Source of the DNA: Eledone cirrhosa
Taxonomy: Eukaryota
Assembly: GCA_964016885.1 (NCBI GenBank)
Contig: OZ024740.1
Location: 126,480,001-126,544,000, forward strand
Reading direction: 5' to 3'
DNA length: 64,000 bases
In this document: one piece after another, positions 39,138 to 52,178 of the stretch
Numbering within the stretch: the stretch's first letter is position 1
Layout: each line of letters starts with the position of its first letter
The notes under the pieces: model-generated
What the model saw: the letters and a program-made list of their open reading frames with translations, nothing else
Databases searched by the model: none
What the model was told of the DNA's origin: nothing
Program-made: the position numbers and the translations under genes

Positions 39138-42100
39138 TTGTCTGTCAGAAATAGAAAAATCATTTACGAAACTACGCTGGAGCATCAAAACAAAAACAAA
39201 AGCAACGATATACGCACACACATATACAACACACATCCCAACAACAACAGACACACAGACACAAACAACAATAACAACAACAATAGCAACATACCCAGAT
39301 ACAACAACAACAATAGCAACATACCCAGATACAACAGACACGCAGACACAAACAACAATAACAACACACACGGAGACAACAATAACAACAACACACACAT
39401 CAACAACAACAACAATAGCAACATACCCAGATACAACAACAACAGACACGCAAACACAAACAACAATAACAACACACACAACAACGATAACACACACACA
39501 CACGGAGACAACAACAACACACATCAACAACAACACACATCAACAACAACAACACACACGCATTCAATGCCTCTCACCACCACCACAATCTTAACAAACA
39601 CACAGACACAGAAAACAAGTAATGACAGTAGCACAGAAATCAGAGAAATAAGAGAAAGTAATAGGATTAAAAGGAAAAGGAGATGGGAGACTAAGGACAA
39701 AGAGAATAACCAAGACGAACACACAGACACACAAAATAGGGTAGATAACAACATTGAGCCAGTGGAAAGAGACAGGAGTATTTATGAGAGACATAGAAAC
39801 AACCATGAAGCTGAGGCTGCTGCTGTTGGTGGAAATAGAAACAACACAACTAACAATAACAATAGCACTAGTACACATAAAGCAGCAGCCTGGAACTCTC
39901 CGATTTATAACCCCTCCGATAAATCATTCGACCTACGACGAGTCCACGCCACGACTTTGCCATTTAACAAACGCACGCAGTTGCCGTCGCAGGTCGATGA
40001 ACAAACAGAAGCACAATTTAGTATAGCTAAATCCGAACTTAGAAATATTATAGAACAGTATAGCAAGAAGCATAATAGAATAGAGGCCCAGCAACTGGGA
40101 GAAGAATCTGCAAATGGCTTGCGTAAGCTCATGCAGCGCTCGCGTAATGGAGAGATAGCATGCTTTCCAACAGACAAGTCTGGCAGAATGTCGGTTGACA
40201 GCCTGCCAAACTACATCCAGGCAATGCAACCCCACATCACTAACACAAGAGAGGTAACACCACAGGAGCATGAGGATAGAGAAAAAACCCTCAATGCCCA
40301 TATGGTGATGTGGACAAATATAATGCAGCCCAACAAAAGGACTGCCAACAACTTCCAGGCCTGGAACAATGACGTGCCGGCGTTGTATGGGCTTCGAAAA
40401 GACCATAAAACGGGCTGGGACCCTGTCGCGGGACCACCAACACGGCCAGTCTGTGGGGCTAACATTGCTAGTAACTACAGACTGTCCTACTTCCTCTCCC
40501 TGATCATACGCCCCATCATTGAGATGTCCCCAGATGTGTGTGACAGCACGGAGGACCTCCTCAGCAGAATCCGCGCGGGTAACCGATCTGGGGACCTAAC
40601 AAACTGCATAATAGGCAGTATGGATGTTGTGTCCCTGTATCCATCTATTGACGTGGATTTTGCTGTGGAGAAATGCGTCGAAATGATCAGCGAGAGCAAG
40701 GTTGAGTTCCGTGGGATTGATACCAGTGAGCTGGGACTTCTACTTAAGCTTACCCATAGTAATAGTTACCTAGACACTTATGACCTTAGCAACCTGTGCC
40801 CTACAAGACCAGCAAGAGGCAGACCACCTACCATTACCTCAATGGCCAAGAAAACCCACACAGATAGATGGAACGGGTGGACCAGAGCCATACGGACACC
40901 CGAAAACCACGATGAACTGAAGAAAATGATTGCACATGCGGTAGGGGCCAGCATAAAATTAACCCTTAAGGAACATATGTTCAAATTTAATGGTAAAACA
41001 TATGCCCAAGAGGAAGGAGCAGCCAGTGGTGTTAGCATTGCAGGCGACATAGCTAAGTTATTCATGGTATGGTGGGACAGTAGAGTTAAACAAAAACTTA
41101 ATGAACAATTAGAAGACAGCTTAACCCTGATATTGTACTCCCGCTACGTAGATGATATAAACATCGTAGTTAAGACACCCCCACTAAAGAACAGTCAGGA
41201 ACTAGAGAAAAACACAATGGAAAGCATCCAGCAAATAGCAAACTCCATCCACCAGAGCATTAGAGTTACTATAGACTACCCAAGTAGACACCCCAACCAT
41301 CGATTACCTGTACTAGACACAGAGCTCTGGTTAGATACAATTAACAACCAAAAACAAATCCTCCATTCCCATTATGCCAAACCCATGACTTCCAAACATC
41401 TGATCCACCGAAACTCGGCCATTTCGGACCATACCAAAATCAACATACTGATTGCGGATTTGGTACGGGTGATGAGAAATGTGCCCCGCATGTGCAACCC
41501 CGAAGAACTAGAGAGACACATACAACACTTCATCCACCGTATGCAGTTCTCTGGCTACAATCAGAGAGATAGAATCAGAGTGTATACAGGAGCCAGAACC
41601 AAATGGGAAAAAATGGTAAATAATGACATAAATGGGACCTGCCCCTTGTATAGGAGCAAATTTTGGAATAGAATAGAAAGAACTAAGAACAAGGCCAATA
41701 GAATAAACTCATGGTATGATATCAATAAATACCAGAGTGTAATGTTCATCAATACAACCCCTAGAGGCGAACTAGCCTACAAATTTAGAAGGGCCCTAAA
41801 GAAACATAATCTCAATATTAAGATAGTAGAAAGACCTGGTACCTCCGTAAAAACACTTATTAGCAAGACATACCCGTTCCAAAGACCCTCATGTATAGAT
41901 AAGAAATGTATAACCTGTAAAATAAGCCCCCATATTAACTGTAAAACTAGAAATGTAGTATATAGCATAAGATGTACTGAAGGACAATGTAGAAACAAAA
42001 ATATAGTGTACATAGGTGAGACAGCTCGTAGTATAGGGGAACGAATAAATGAACACTGGCGAAACCTCCAAGATAATAAAGAATCATCTGTGCTCTACCA

Positions 42101-42275
42101 ACATGCTAAGATAGAACACAGGGGTAAATTAGAGAGCATAGAAATAAAAATAGAATCCACACACAAGAAAGACGCAATGTTTAGGCAAATTACAGAGGCA
42201 GTAAGCATAAAAGAATTAAAACCAAAATTAAATAGAAAATATGAGTGGAATAGCAACATCACAACTTACAATTAA
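39138..42275 (+). CDS. PLE polyprotein (Asn/Thr/His-rich repeat region, RT, thumb, Zn-linker, GIY-YIG); 5'-truncated open frame
   Basis: Motifs PTDKSG, LYGLRKDHK, PTRPVC, GSMDVVSLYPSI, YAQEEG, RYVDD, LPVLD, C..CITC..CK.RNVVYSIRC...C...YIGETARSIGERINEH, H...EH, RQITEA. Confidence 0.93.
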   Translation: MSVRNRKIIYETTLEHQNKNKSNDIRTHIYNTHPNNNRHTDTNNNNNNNSNIPRYNNNNSNIPRYNRHADTNNNNNTHGDNNNNNTHINNNNNSNIPRYNNNRHANTNNNNNTHNNDNTHTHGDNNNTHQQQHTSTTTTHTHSMPLTTTTILTNTQTQKTSNDSSTEIREIRESNRIKRKRRWETKDKENNQDEHTDTQNRVDNNIEPVERDRSIYERHRNNHEAEAAAVGGNRNNTTNNNNSTSTHKAAAWNSPIYNPSDKSFDLRRVHATTLPFNKRTQLPSQVDEQTEAQFSIAKSELRNIIEQYSKKHNRIEAQQLGEESANGLRKLMQRSRNGEIACFPTDKSGRMSVDSLPNYIQAMQPHITNTREVTPQEHEDREKTLNAHMVMWTNIMQPNKRTANNFQAWNNDVPALYGLRKDHKTGWDPVAGPPTRPVCGANIASNYRLSYFLSLIIRPIIEMSPDVCDSTEDLLSRIRAGNRSGDLTNCIIGSMDVVSLYPSIDVDFAVEKCVEMISESKVEFRGIDTSELGLLLKLTHSNSYLDTYDLSNLCPTRPARGRPPTITSMAKKTHTDRWNGWTRAIRTPENHDELKKMIAHAVGASIKLTLKEHMFKFNGKTYAQEEGAASGVSIAGDIAKLFMVWWDSRVKQKLNEQLEDSLTLILYSRYVDDINIVVKTPPLKNSQELEKNTMESIQQIANSIHQSIRVTIDYPSRHPNHRLPVLDTELWLDTINNQKQILHSHYAKPMTSKHLIHRNSAISDHTKINILIADLVRVMRNVPRMCNPEELERHIQHFIHRMQFSGYNQRDRIRVYTGARTKWEKMVNNDINGTCPLYRSKFWNRIERTKNKANRINSWYDINKYQSVMFINTTPRGELAYKFRRALKKHNLNIKIVERPGTSVKTLISKTYPFQRPSCIDKKCITCKISPHINCKTRNVVYSIRCTEGQCRNKNIVYIGETARSIGERINEHWRNLQDNKESSVLYQHAKIEHRGKLESIEIKIESTHKKDAMFRQITEAVSIKELKPKLNRKYEWNSNITTYN

Positions 42276-42563
42276 GGACAAAATGAAAACACACACAAAC
42301 ATAGAACAAACAACTTACAATTGAAAACACACACAAGACAAAATGAAAACACACACACACATAGAACAAACAACCAACCAACAATAAATAAATAAATAAA
42401 CAAACAAATAGAAAAATATAAATAGAAAAATAGAAAAATGAACACAAACACACACAGACACCCGGATGTGGCGCATGCGCAAACTGAGCACGCAACCCAC
42501 ACACAAACAAAATGGCGTAGGATAGAAGAAAGGAAAGGCACAGAAACGAAGAAAGAAATCCCC

Positions 42564-42608
42564 AGTCACTGAAGAGGTCACAGAGTGTGTGACGAAAGAA
42601 CTATGACT
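42564..42608 (+). ncRNA. Minimal hammerhead ribozyme with an extra nucleotide after A9
   Basis: AGTCA-CTGAAGA-G-GTCACA.GAGTG.TGTGAC-GAAA-GAAC-TA-TGACT. The inverted copy at 37365-37409 has core CTGCAGA. Confidence 0.8.
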
Positions 42609-42763
42609 ATATATATATAAACAACTATCTGGTTGTGGAACCAACCAACCAACCAGAAATTTATAAATTTGTAAATTTATAAATATATAATAAATTAAAT
42701 TGAAGAGAAAGCAACTGGTGCGTGTGTTTCTTATTGGCAACATGACCCTCCCAAAGTATAACA

Positions 42764-42841
<78 letters not shown>

Positions 42842-42966
42842 TTGTAGGCGTGCGTCTGCCTGTATGTGAATATGCGCATATTTGTAAGAGTGTATGCGAC
42901 AGTGTCTGTGTGTGTGTGTATGTACAAGCACCCAATGTACCGAAAGGGTTAGTTTGTGTATATATT

Positions 42967-42997
<31 letters not shown>

Positions 42998-43233
42998 ATG
43001 TATATATATATGTGTGTGTGTGTGTGTCTGTGTGTATGTATGTATGTGTATATATCTATATATGTGTGTGTTTGTGAGCGAGTCACTATGTGTGGCTGTA
43101 ATTGGGCATGTAGGCAGGCGTCTGTGTATGCGTATGTCTATAATTTTGTTTACATGTTCTCCTTAAGTGAGTGTGTATAGCGGGAGTCTAAGCGTACGGA
43201 TGTTGTTATCTATGTGATTGTGTGTGTGTGTGT

Positions 43234-43341
<108 letters not shown>

Positions 43342-43577
43342 GTGTGCGTGCGTGTGTGTGTGTATGTGTGCGTGAGTGCACGCGTGGACGTGTGACCTAC
43401 CAAACCCAGTAGTAATTCCTCGAAGTGTGACAGAAAGGGACAGCTGATGGTCAGTCGAATTGACATCTGTTGGTCAGAGTTAAGTCGTAGAAAAGCAGCA
43501 GCCAATAACAGGACGCGCGAAGAGGATGTTTTTGACGCTAACACCCCAGTGAGAGATTTGCTCCGAAATCATTAGAC

Positions 43578-43715
43578 GTGTGTCCGTCGAACCTGCAGAT
43601 CCAGAATAAGACAGATCCACATATTGATCGTGGCTCGAGCTGTCCGCCGGCGAAACAATTGTAACACACAATAAATTGAGTTCAGATGCATCACTGATTT
43701 TTTGTTTTATATTAT
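43578..43715 (+). mobile_element. PLE/retrozyme end with degenerate HHR (same family as 10265)
   Basis: GTGTGT-CCGTCGA...GGC-GAAA-CAATTG-TA-ACACAC. Stem I covaries with the 10265 copy. Confidence 0.55.
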
Positions 43716-43717
43716 AT

Positions 43718-43769
<52 letters not shown>

Positions 43770-45621
43770 CACCAGAAGATGCACACAGTTACATAAGACC
43801 ACCTTTCATTTACCACATGTTTGCACAACAAATTGCCGAAAACCTCTGTTGGTGAGATGCATATGAGACGATACCAATGCACAGGAAGGAGAGAAAATGA
43901 TTGAAATCATATCAGTTTATCAAAGATAGCCATGTGTTAGCGTTAATATGTATTAATATATTATCATTAAAAAAAGGATACAGTCACATTAAACGAACAG
44001 GTACCTCCAACTTTTCCTCATCAGCCTCATTTCTGCTGTGCAATCTTCCGCATAGAGGTGGTATTGCACTTCTGGTGCTAGTTTATATTAGATCTCTAGT
44101 AGGGTTTTTTTTTAAATTAACATCTCAGTAGCATTGTCTGGGTTTTTCTATGATACATGATACCGAAAACATCGAATTTTAGTATGCATCCATATTCCTG
44201 ATATTATATCAATGCCAGCACCAAATCTATATTAATGATATCACATTAAAGTTAGTATGCCATGTATATTTGTCATTAATATTAGCTGACATATTTGAGA
44301 ACATAGCACAGGAAGAGAAATTGGTAATATCAATTTCTATTTATTCTTATTTATATTAAATAAAAGTACAATATATTTATTCCTCAATTTCTAAACACCT
44401 TGTCGTTTTTATGAGTAAGTAGAATCGAGATCATAATCTAAACAGCAAGAAACCCATGAATATATGCTGATATTAATCATTTATTTAACTGTGTTTAGGA
44501 GAAACCACGTGCCATCATTTGAAGTAAACTAAGGAAGGGAAACAGCACTCGGAAAAGAAAACAGAACATGAAAATAACATTGGAATATGTCAGCCATTTT
44601 ATTTTATCATGGCTGAAAATTGAATTTGATAACAAGATCAAATCACAAGAAACGATAACCTAACAAAGTGATAATCTTGACGGTTTGGCATGGCACCCAA
44701 ATTATACGAAAGCAAATGCAAAGTGACAGCGTTATTAAATTGTCAATTCATCACAAAAACAATTTCGATAATGAACAGGAACACAATTCCACCACTTCAT
44801 TATTATCAATTTATGTTCAACAGACATAAAGCAAATATACTATAAATCTGTTTGGCTTGCCTCTCTGAGCATGTTGATTATGTTGTTAAAAGAAACTGCT
44901 GGGAGCCATCATCTATTCATGACAGTAATGTTATATGTCCCTCGGTTGCACACACACATACATACAGAAAGCCCCGTACGCAATCACACATACTTACAGA
45001 CAAAGACACCTATGCAATCAAGCACATATATACAACTATATGAATGGTTGAATTTAAAAACAACAGGATAAGATTCAAACAGAATAATAATAATAATAAG
45101 CATTTCATATAATTTTTCTTCCTGAAGCAGGGGTTAGATATATGGGCTTGATAACAGGCTTCTTCACTTTACTAGATCCTCAGGAATCCCTTCAGCAATC
45201 GCATAATTTTCATTTCCTCCACCACCTTCCACAGACATGTAATTCTTGGCATTTCCTTTCTTCCAATTCTTTCCATATTCATTACCACAACCCACTAATC
45301 GGAACACTTTCATACTTACCAGAACATATGGCCCAAACAGATGTAAATTGGAATTATGTGGTTATATAATATGTTTTACTTCTGAGTTTTGCGAATGGCA
45401 CTGATCAAGTAGACCTATTACGAGGTCAGAAAATCATGAAACTTTGAGGAATAATAGAGAGAAAGCAATTTTAAATGAACTAGTATATGCTGGAATATTA
45501 ATATCATTGCAACGTATATGCAGCATATATAGAAAGATTAAAGACAAACTCACACACATACACATACAAACACACACACAAAGCACACACACAAGCACGC
45601 CCGCACACACACACACACACA

Positions 45622-45735
<114 letters not shown>

Positions 45736-45954
45736 ATGTTGAAAAGGTAACATACCAGAGAGAGATATACAGTGCGCTATCAATAAAAGAGGGAAAAAAC
45801 CACCAGTGTATGGAATCTATAACATATGTAAAGCAGACAATAAACACGATAATTAAAAATATAAATGAAAGCGTAAATAAATACCTATATAACTATATAA
45901 CACACGTACAAATCCAAAGAGATGTTTCGCCAGTAATTTGTTGAAAGAAATGGA

Positions 45955-46251
45955 ATAACCTCGGTTCATCAGCGTGTGTAAGGCTACACTAAGAGAATTT
46001 TAAAAGTGACTGTCCAGCTACACGTGGGAGAGAGAAGTCACAGCGTGTTTAAGGGCAGTGAACCAGTGGCCTCTGAGGGGCGAGCTGCTAGAAAGGGCAG
46101 CCCAAAACCACTCAGAGAAGTGTGCTCAACCAAACAGAGTGATAGGAAAGACTGTTATAAGGAGCGAAATATCACGATAAATTAACGGAGCCATAGGCCC
46201 TCGCCATTCCCTCAGAGTGAATGGCGAGGGCCTATGGCTCCGTTAATTTAT

Positions 46252-46259
<8 letters not shown>
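45955..46259. repeat. Perfect ~41-bp-arm hairpin (46169-46259) with a leftward tail
   Basis: ATATCACGATAAATTAACGGAGCCATAGGCCCTCGCCATTC and its exact reverse complement. The right arm ends in (TA)n. The left boundary is approximate. Confidence 0.8.
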
Positions 46260-46291
<32 letters not shown>

Positions 46292-46294
<3 letters not shown>

Positions 46295-47250
46295 CACAGA
46301 TTAAATTTTAGATAAATAATTTCTGCCTTGACCTGAAGCGGGATTTTCTGAAACTGAGAAGAAATCAATCCGCGGAAGTAGAAATAGATATTTTCAAAAT
46401 ATTACGACCGAATCTTTCCTTTGGAAATTAGAAAGATATAATGGTAACACGAGAAGACGTTCTCTCAAGATACAGCGAAATGTATGCAAGTAGAATTACC
46501 TCATTAGCTGAAGCAGAATGAACATGTGATGATCAGACATCGTAGTTCTGATGATAGACGACTTCTGCACAGACATGGATGGTTGCGTCGAGTTCTCTGA
46601 GGCGATCTGAGAGGGCTGATAAGGTGCACTGGACAGCGTGTACAAACATATAGGAAGGGCGATGCTGTTCCTGAACAGGAAGGGCACTGATTGCGAGTCA
46701 GTGGAGGTGCAACCACCCAGTCCTCCTCAACTGGTCTGTGCGCTTGATCTCCAGGTACTCTCGTATGGTTTTTGAGAGAATTGGGGAGCTGAGAAAGCAA
46801 GCAGTGAATTTCCTCGACGTGATAATCAATATGTCGAACGGCCTATTCTATCCGTATTGAAAGCACAATAATACGTTATATTTCATTTGTAATCATTCTA
46901 ACAATCCAGCGAGGCCTTTCCGTCAATCAGCTAACGTTCATATTTTCACCGACCATTCCAGATATTATAAGAAATCTCAGGCTCGGAGCGGATTACTTCT
47001 ATTAATATCAGTTTCCATATATAGAAAATATTCGGCTATTCTATAAATAAATCGTTCTCCTGATTTTTCCATAGCAAGAATTTGTTCGTCCCGCTTTGAG
47101 TTTTATTGTTTTGTCTTTCTGTTTTCCAAAGTCTCTATTTGGTCGTAATATCTTTTTACTATTTAAATCTGCAACCACGGATTGATATTTCTCAGTTCCC
47201 ACTTTAGGGTGAAAGCTGAATATTTGGTCGGGATTCTTTTTTAAATATTT
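46292..47250. mobile_element. Old relative of PLE family A (inverted pLTRs, RT scrap)
   Basis: VNFLDVIINMSNGLFYPY at about 46804. pLTR-like arms at 46292-46420 (-) and 47130-47225 (+) with CCC..GGGTGAAAGC. Confidence 0.6.
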
Positions 47251-47633
47251 AATTATGTGTCCACGGAGAGATATGTCTAAGTGCGTGTGTGGTTACGTGT
47301 GTAATGTCGTTGGATTGCAAGCCAGTAACGTTATTGTAATAGGATTAGCCGTTAGTGATGGAATTGTGGTAGAAATATTGTTTACTGAATCGCATTATGT
47401 ATGTACTATTATTTAGATAGTCATTCCCTTGCATATATTTCTACTCAGAATATATAAGAATAATGTAAATTAGAATGTGTATCATATCCGATAAAGTGGA
47501 GTGTTTAAGTAAATAAAGTATGCACGAATTGCATTATTTTATATTTATATTCGAGATTTATTCTAACCGTAAATTAATCTCAGATGGATATTGGTCATAT
47601 ATATACATATATATTTTTATGAATAGGTATGTA

Positions 47634-47667
<34 letters not shown>

Positions 47668-47668
<1 letters not shown>

Positions 47669-48776
47669 TTCGGGTAAACATTGATGCAATTCAATTCAGG
47701 CACTCAACGTACTTATTCCACATAGGAGTGACGGAGTAAATATCGAATACGGAAAAGCGAAGTATTTTCAGATGTTCAAGTCTTTTAATAATAAGGCTGT
47801 GATATATATTTCAATGGCGACAGTGGCAACACTGTACCGTGCGCCAGTTCTGCGACATCGTCAGACAGCTTGTTACATAATAAGGTTATGTTTCCGAGGC
47901 AATCCAAATTGAATCGACATGGGAACGGACGAAGTGTGTGCTCTTGGGTTCTTCATCCATTCTCCTGTGAGTACGAATTCACACCCACCGGTCTGCGCAG
48001 GCTCATGTCCGAAGGAATTTGACCATTAGCTGCCGCAGATTTCAACGAAATTCGCTTAGTCAATTCCCCCTCTAAGCCAAACAATGACCCATTCAGGCCT
48101 GTAATATTGCTTACTGAAAAATTATTAGTTTTTAATTGTTAATTTTTAATTTCTAATTTTTAATATTTAATATTTGATTTCTGATTTTCGATTTTAAATT
48201 TTAATTTTTAGTTCTAATTTCCAACTCTCATTCATAACTTCCACCGTGAAACCATGATACATAGAATTAAGTATATTTTCTTAGAGGTTGATGGTCAATT
48301 ATTCTGTCCATTTTTAATGAGAGGTGGTATTCAGACCTGTAGATATACACACTCTCCCATCCCCACTGGCTTTCGACTGACAGCCACAGACGGGGTGGGT
48401 AGCAGTAAGCAACATTACAAGCCTGAATGGGTCATTGTTTGGCTGAATGGGGGAACTGACTAAGCGAATTTCTTTGAAATCTGCGGTAGCTAATGGTCAA
48501 CTTCCTTCGAACCTGCGCTTGCGCAGACCGGTGGGGGTGAATTGGTGCTCACAGGGGAATGGATGAAGAAGCCAAGAGCACAAACTTCGTCCGTTCCCAT
48601 GTCGATTCAATTTGGATTGCCTCGGAAACATAACCTTATTATGTAACAAGCTGTCTGACGATGTCGCGACACTGGCGCATGGAACAGTGTGGCCACTATC
48701 GCCATTGAAATATATATCACAGCCTTATAATTAAAATACTTGAACATCTGAAAATACTTCGCTTTTCCTTATTCTA
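47668..48776. mobile_element. Non-coding palindromic HHR element
   Basis: 47745-48105 is the reverse complement of about 48415-48775. The left arm has a ~75-bp tail. Confidence 0.88.
48650..48723 (+). ncRNA. Hammerhead ribozyme (CTGACGA core, ATATATAT palindromic stem III); mirror copy at 47796-47869 (-)
   Basis: GCTGT-CTGACGA-TGTCGCGA...TCGCCATT-GAAA-TATATA-TC-ACAGC. Confidence 0.82.
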
Positions 48777-48796
48777 TATATATATATATATATATA

Positions 48797-51700
48797 CAGT
48801 TCAAGAGTAACCAACCTTAAAGAGAGAGATGGAGAGAGGAGAGATTGGTGAATTAGTTTGAAGCCAAAGCGTAAAGGCATGTGCTCAAAGTGCAATATGC
48901 AGTGGAAGGCAGCTAGGTGGCTGGGTTGATGCAGAGGTTAGGAGCACAGAGCTGGAAATATTCATTAGTTAAGCAAGACAAGACCACAAATTTCACAAGG
49001 AAGACATTATTAAAAGATTGTCAACATATTTTAGTTTGATGTAAGAAATGTAGAGAATAATAATAATAATATTAATAATAATAATGTTCGTTTACAATTA
49101 TTTCGCTACTCCATATAATATTTCTAGATCAAATGATTATAGATCATTATTGATCTGGTTCAGTTGAAAATAATTTACATAGGTAAAAATAGAGCAGCTC
49201 ATCGGAACTTCAAAATGAATATAGCTTCAAATAAGGAAAGAATGTTACATAAATGTAATATTCCATATATTGGTATTTCACTATGGTGTCCTCGGTATAT
49301 CTATTGTCTGACATAGTCGAGCAGTATTCTTCTGTCGAGGCTGCATTGTGTGAGATCTGCCTATGGGTAACAAGATGGCCGCCAATGGACATGTTTACCT
49401 TATTAATTAGATGATGGTTTCAGGGGAAGTAACTCCTCGAGAGATTAGAAATTGTGGGGGGTTTATAGTTAAGTGCTAATTTTTTAATTTTTTAATTGAG
49501 AGACAATGTAAGGGAGGTAACTTATAATTATCTAAGTTAGCTATAACTATTTAACTTATTAGCTACAAGTAAAAATGGGGCTAGATGACTATGTTGAGGC
49601 AAATATTCTGTTGGGAAAGGAATTAGCCCTTCGATGTTGACAGCTAATAGTTACCTCCGTTCTATCGTTAATCGGTAGAGGTCGTGATAGGGTTATGTAA
49701 TATGCTTCGGTAAGACAGAGGTCACCAGATTTTATTCGTCCATTGAACGATTGGATCTAGCCAAGATATCCCATGTTAGTGAGTGTTCAATGTTGGTTAA
49801 TTTAAGGCTTTTAATGAGCCTAGCTAGAGATGTCGAACATCTGTTGTTAGGGTCTCGGAAGGAAAAAGAATGCGCGTTATAGCATACATTAAAAGGGCTA
49901 GAGGTAGACCCTATACAGGAGCTGGTATCCGAAGCAGTTTTAACCGTGCACCTATAAACTATATTAGGTGTCAGGTAATGGCAATTTAGTGGGCATGCAT
50001 TAGGGGAACGAGAGTTGCAGTTACTTCTGCGGTTAGTGAGAGTAGGGTTGTTTAACCTAAGCGGTTGGTCAGTGCTAGAAGGATTAGATGGGGGAGGTGT
50101 GCTACTAGAGTAAGTATTGGTGTAGTGGCGTAGTGTATCTGATGAGTGTGGTGGTACCGCGGTGTGGGAGTTATACTGTCTTAGTTTATGATGGTTGCTG
50201 AATGCGATGTGTCTAGCTAGGTTAGGTGTTGTGGAGAATGACATGTTAATGTTATTTTTATTAAACAGTTTATAATATCAATCCTGGGGGGGGGGAGTGT
50301 TAGATAGGATAGAGAAGAAGCGTTTGGGGATATTAGTGGCTAGATTAGATGAGAATGGGGGGTTAATCCAGGTGATATTTCTAGGCCTATTCCTTCTAAG
50401 GGTTCTAGTGGAGTTGGTAGGTGCCTTCATAATGTTATTATTACCTGGGCATTTATTATTTGACATCCCATTGCTCATTCCTATTCTAGGGTTGATTTTT
50501 AGTTTGCTACTTGGAGTGGGAAGCAGGCCACTGCAACCATTAAGGTTCCCTGTATAGGTGCTGTTACTGCTAAAATTCCGGCGAATCTGGATATATGCTA
50601 AGGTATATCTAGTTCTAGTGTTAAGTTTATAATGGTTGTGGTAAAGTGCTGTGTTATGGCATTAGGTATGTAGTAAATGGACTGTTCATAACCAGATTCA
50701 GAAAGAGCCTTATTATAATATGCCGCATTGTTTATAAATATCTCCTCATTTGCTGATAGCATGGAGATCCTATACGAGATATATTTGATTACTGCTCTGA
50801 TGACTGCCGGTGGGTGGTTAGAGTGTGGGCTAATATATGTAAGTATTTCACCTGGTTTATGATAAGTGTAATATAGGTTATTGTTAAGATCCAGGGTAAC
50901 GTCTATGAAGTTTACTACTTTATGGTTCGGCTCGATGGTGATAGAGATACCGTTATTTTTAAAGAATCTATGTAATTGTTTTTTGAGCAAGTCAATGCCT
51001 CGATTAGTGCAATTGTGGACTGCAAATAGGGCGTCGTCCCTATATATTACGCCTTGCAAGGGTTGGATTTCGGATCTGATGTTATGTAATAGGTAAATTC
51101 CAACTAAATTGGTGATTTGCGCAGAGTCACTAGAGTCCATTGTGATGTCAAAGTTGTCTGTTCTGTCTTTTCTAGTCCAGAGTGCTCCGTTGAATTCAAT
51201 GATGGTCTGCCTAGCCATAAGGTACGCTATAACGCGCACTCTTTTTCCTTCCGAGACCCTAACAACAGATGTTCGACATCTCTAGCTAGGCTCATTAAAA
51301 ACCTTAAATTAACCAACATTGAACACTCACTAACATGGGATATCTTGGCTAGGGCTCAACCGTTCAATGAACGGAGAAAATCTGGTGACCTCTGTCTTAC
51401 CGAAGCATATTACATAACTCCATCACGACCTCTACCGATTAACGATAGAACGGAGATAACTATTAGCGTTCAACATCGAGGGCTAATTCCTTTGCCAACA
51501 GAATATTTAACCCAACATAGTCATCTAGCCCCATCTTTACTTGTAGCTAATAAGTTAAATAGTTGTAGCTAACTTAGATAATTATAAGTTACCTCCCTTA
51601 CATTGTCTCCCAATTAAAAAATTAAAAAATTAGAACTTAACTATAAACTACCCACAATTTCTAATCTCTCGAGGAGTTACTTACCCTGACACCATCTAAT

Positions 51701-52140
51701 TAGTAAAGTAAATATGTGCATTGGCGGCCATATTGTTACCCATAGGCAGATCTCACACAATGCAGCCTCGACAGAAGAATACTGCTCGACTAGTGCATAC
51801 AATAGATATACTCAGGACACCATAGTGAAATACCAATATATGAAACATTACATTTATGTAACATTCTTTCCTTATTTTAATTTATATTCATTTTGAAGTT
51901 CCATGAGCTGCTCGATTTTTACCTATGTAAATTATTTTCAACTGAACCAGATCAATAATGATCTATAATCATTTGATCTAGAAATATTATATGGAGTAGC
52001 GAAATAATTGTAAACGAACATTATTATTATTAATATTATTATTATTATTCTCTACATTTCTTACATCAAACTAAAATATGTTGACAATATTTTAATAATG
52101 TCTTCCTTTTGAAATTGGTGGTCTTGTCATGTTTAACTAA

Positions 52141-52145
<5 letters not shown>
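48797..52145 (-). mobile_element. Degenerate YRDD-type PLE family B with inverted arm
   Basis: RT 50598-51239 (FDITM.SSDSAQI..LVG, IYRDD, VNFIDVTLDL, SNHPP), WINPPFS and GIY-YIG 49732-50244. Plus arm 51221-52145. Confidence 0.9.
49090..49208 (-). ncRNA. Hammerhead ribozyme, CCGATGA core, ~95-nt stem II domain; mirror copy at 51898-52015
   Basis: GTT-CCGATGA-GCTGCTC...GAGTAGC-GAAA-TAATTG-TA-AAC. Confidence 0.68.

Positions 52146-52178
<33 letters not shown>

Larger units (their letters stand above)
37148..42768 (+). mobile_element. Young Penelope-like element with a 2-kb inverted arm (C-terminal EN type)
   Basis: 37207-39133 is the reverse complement of about 40838-42768 at very high identity. 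(TA)n on both sides. Confidence 0.95.

Noticed and set aside
39138-42275. Assignment to the Naiad/Chlamys PLE clades
   Set aside because: Those have an N-terminal GIY-YIG; here it is C-terminal and an HHR is present.
47668-48776. Interpreting the palindromes as MITEs with terminal inverted repeats and TA target duplications
   Set aside because: The arms are unequal at the outer ends, contain hammerheads, and in sister insertions extend into RT/GIY-YIG ORFs, which fits PLE retrotransposition.
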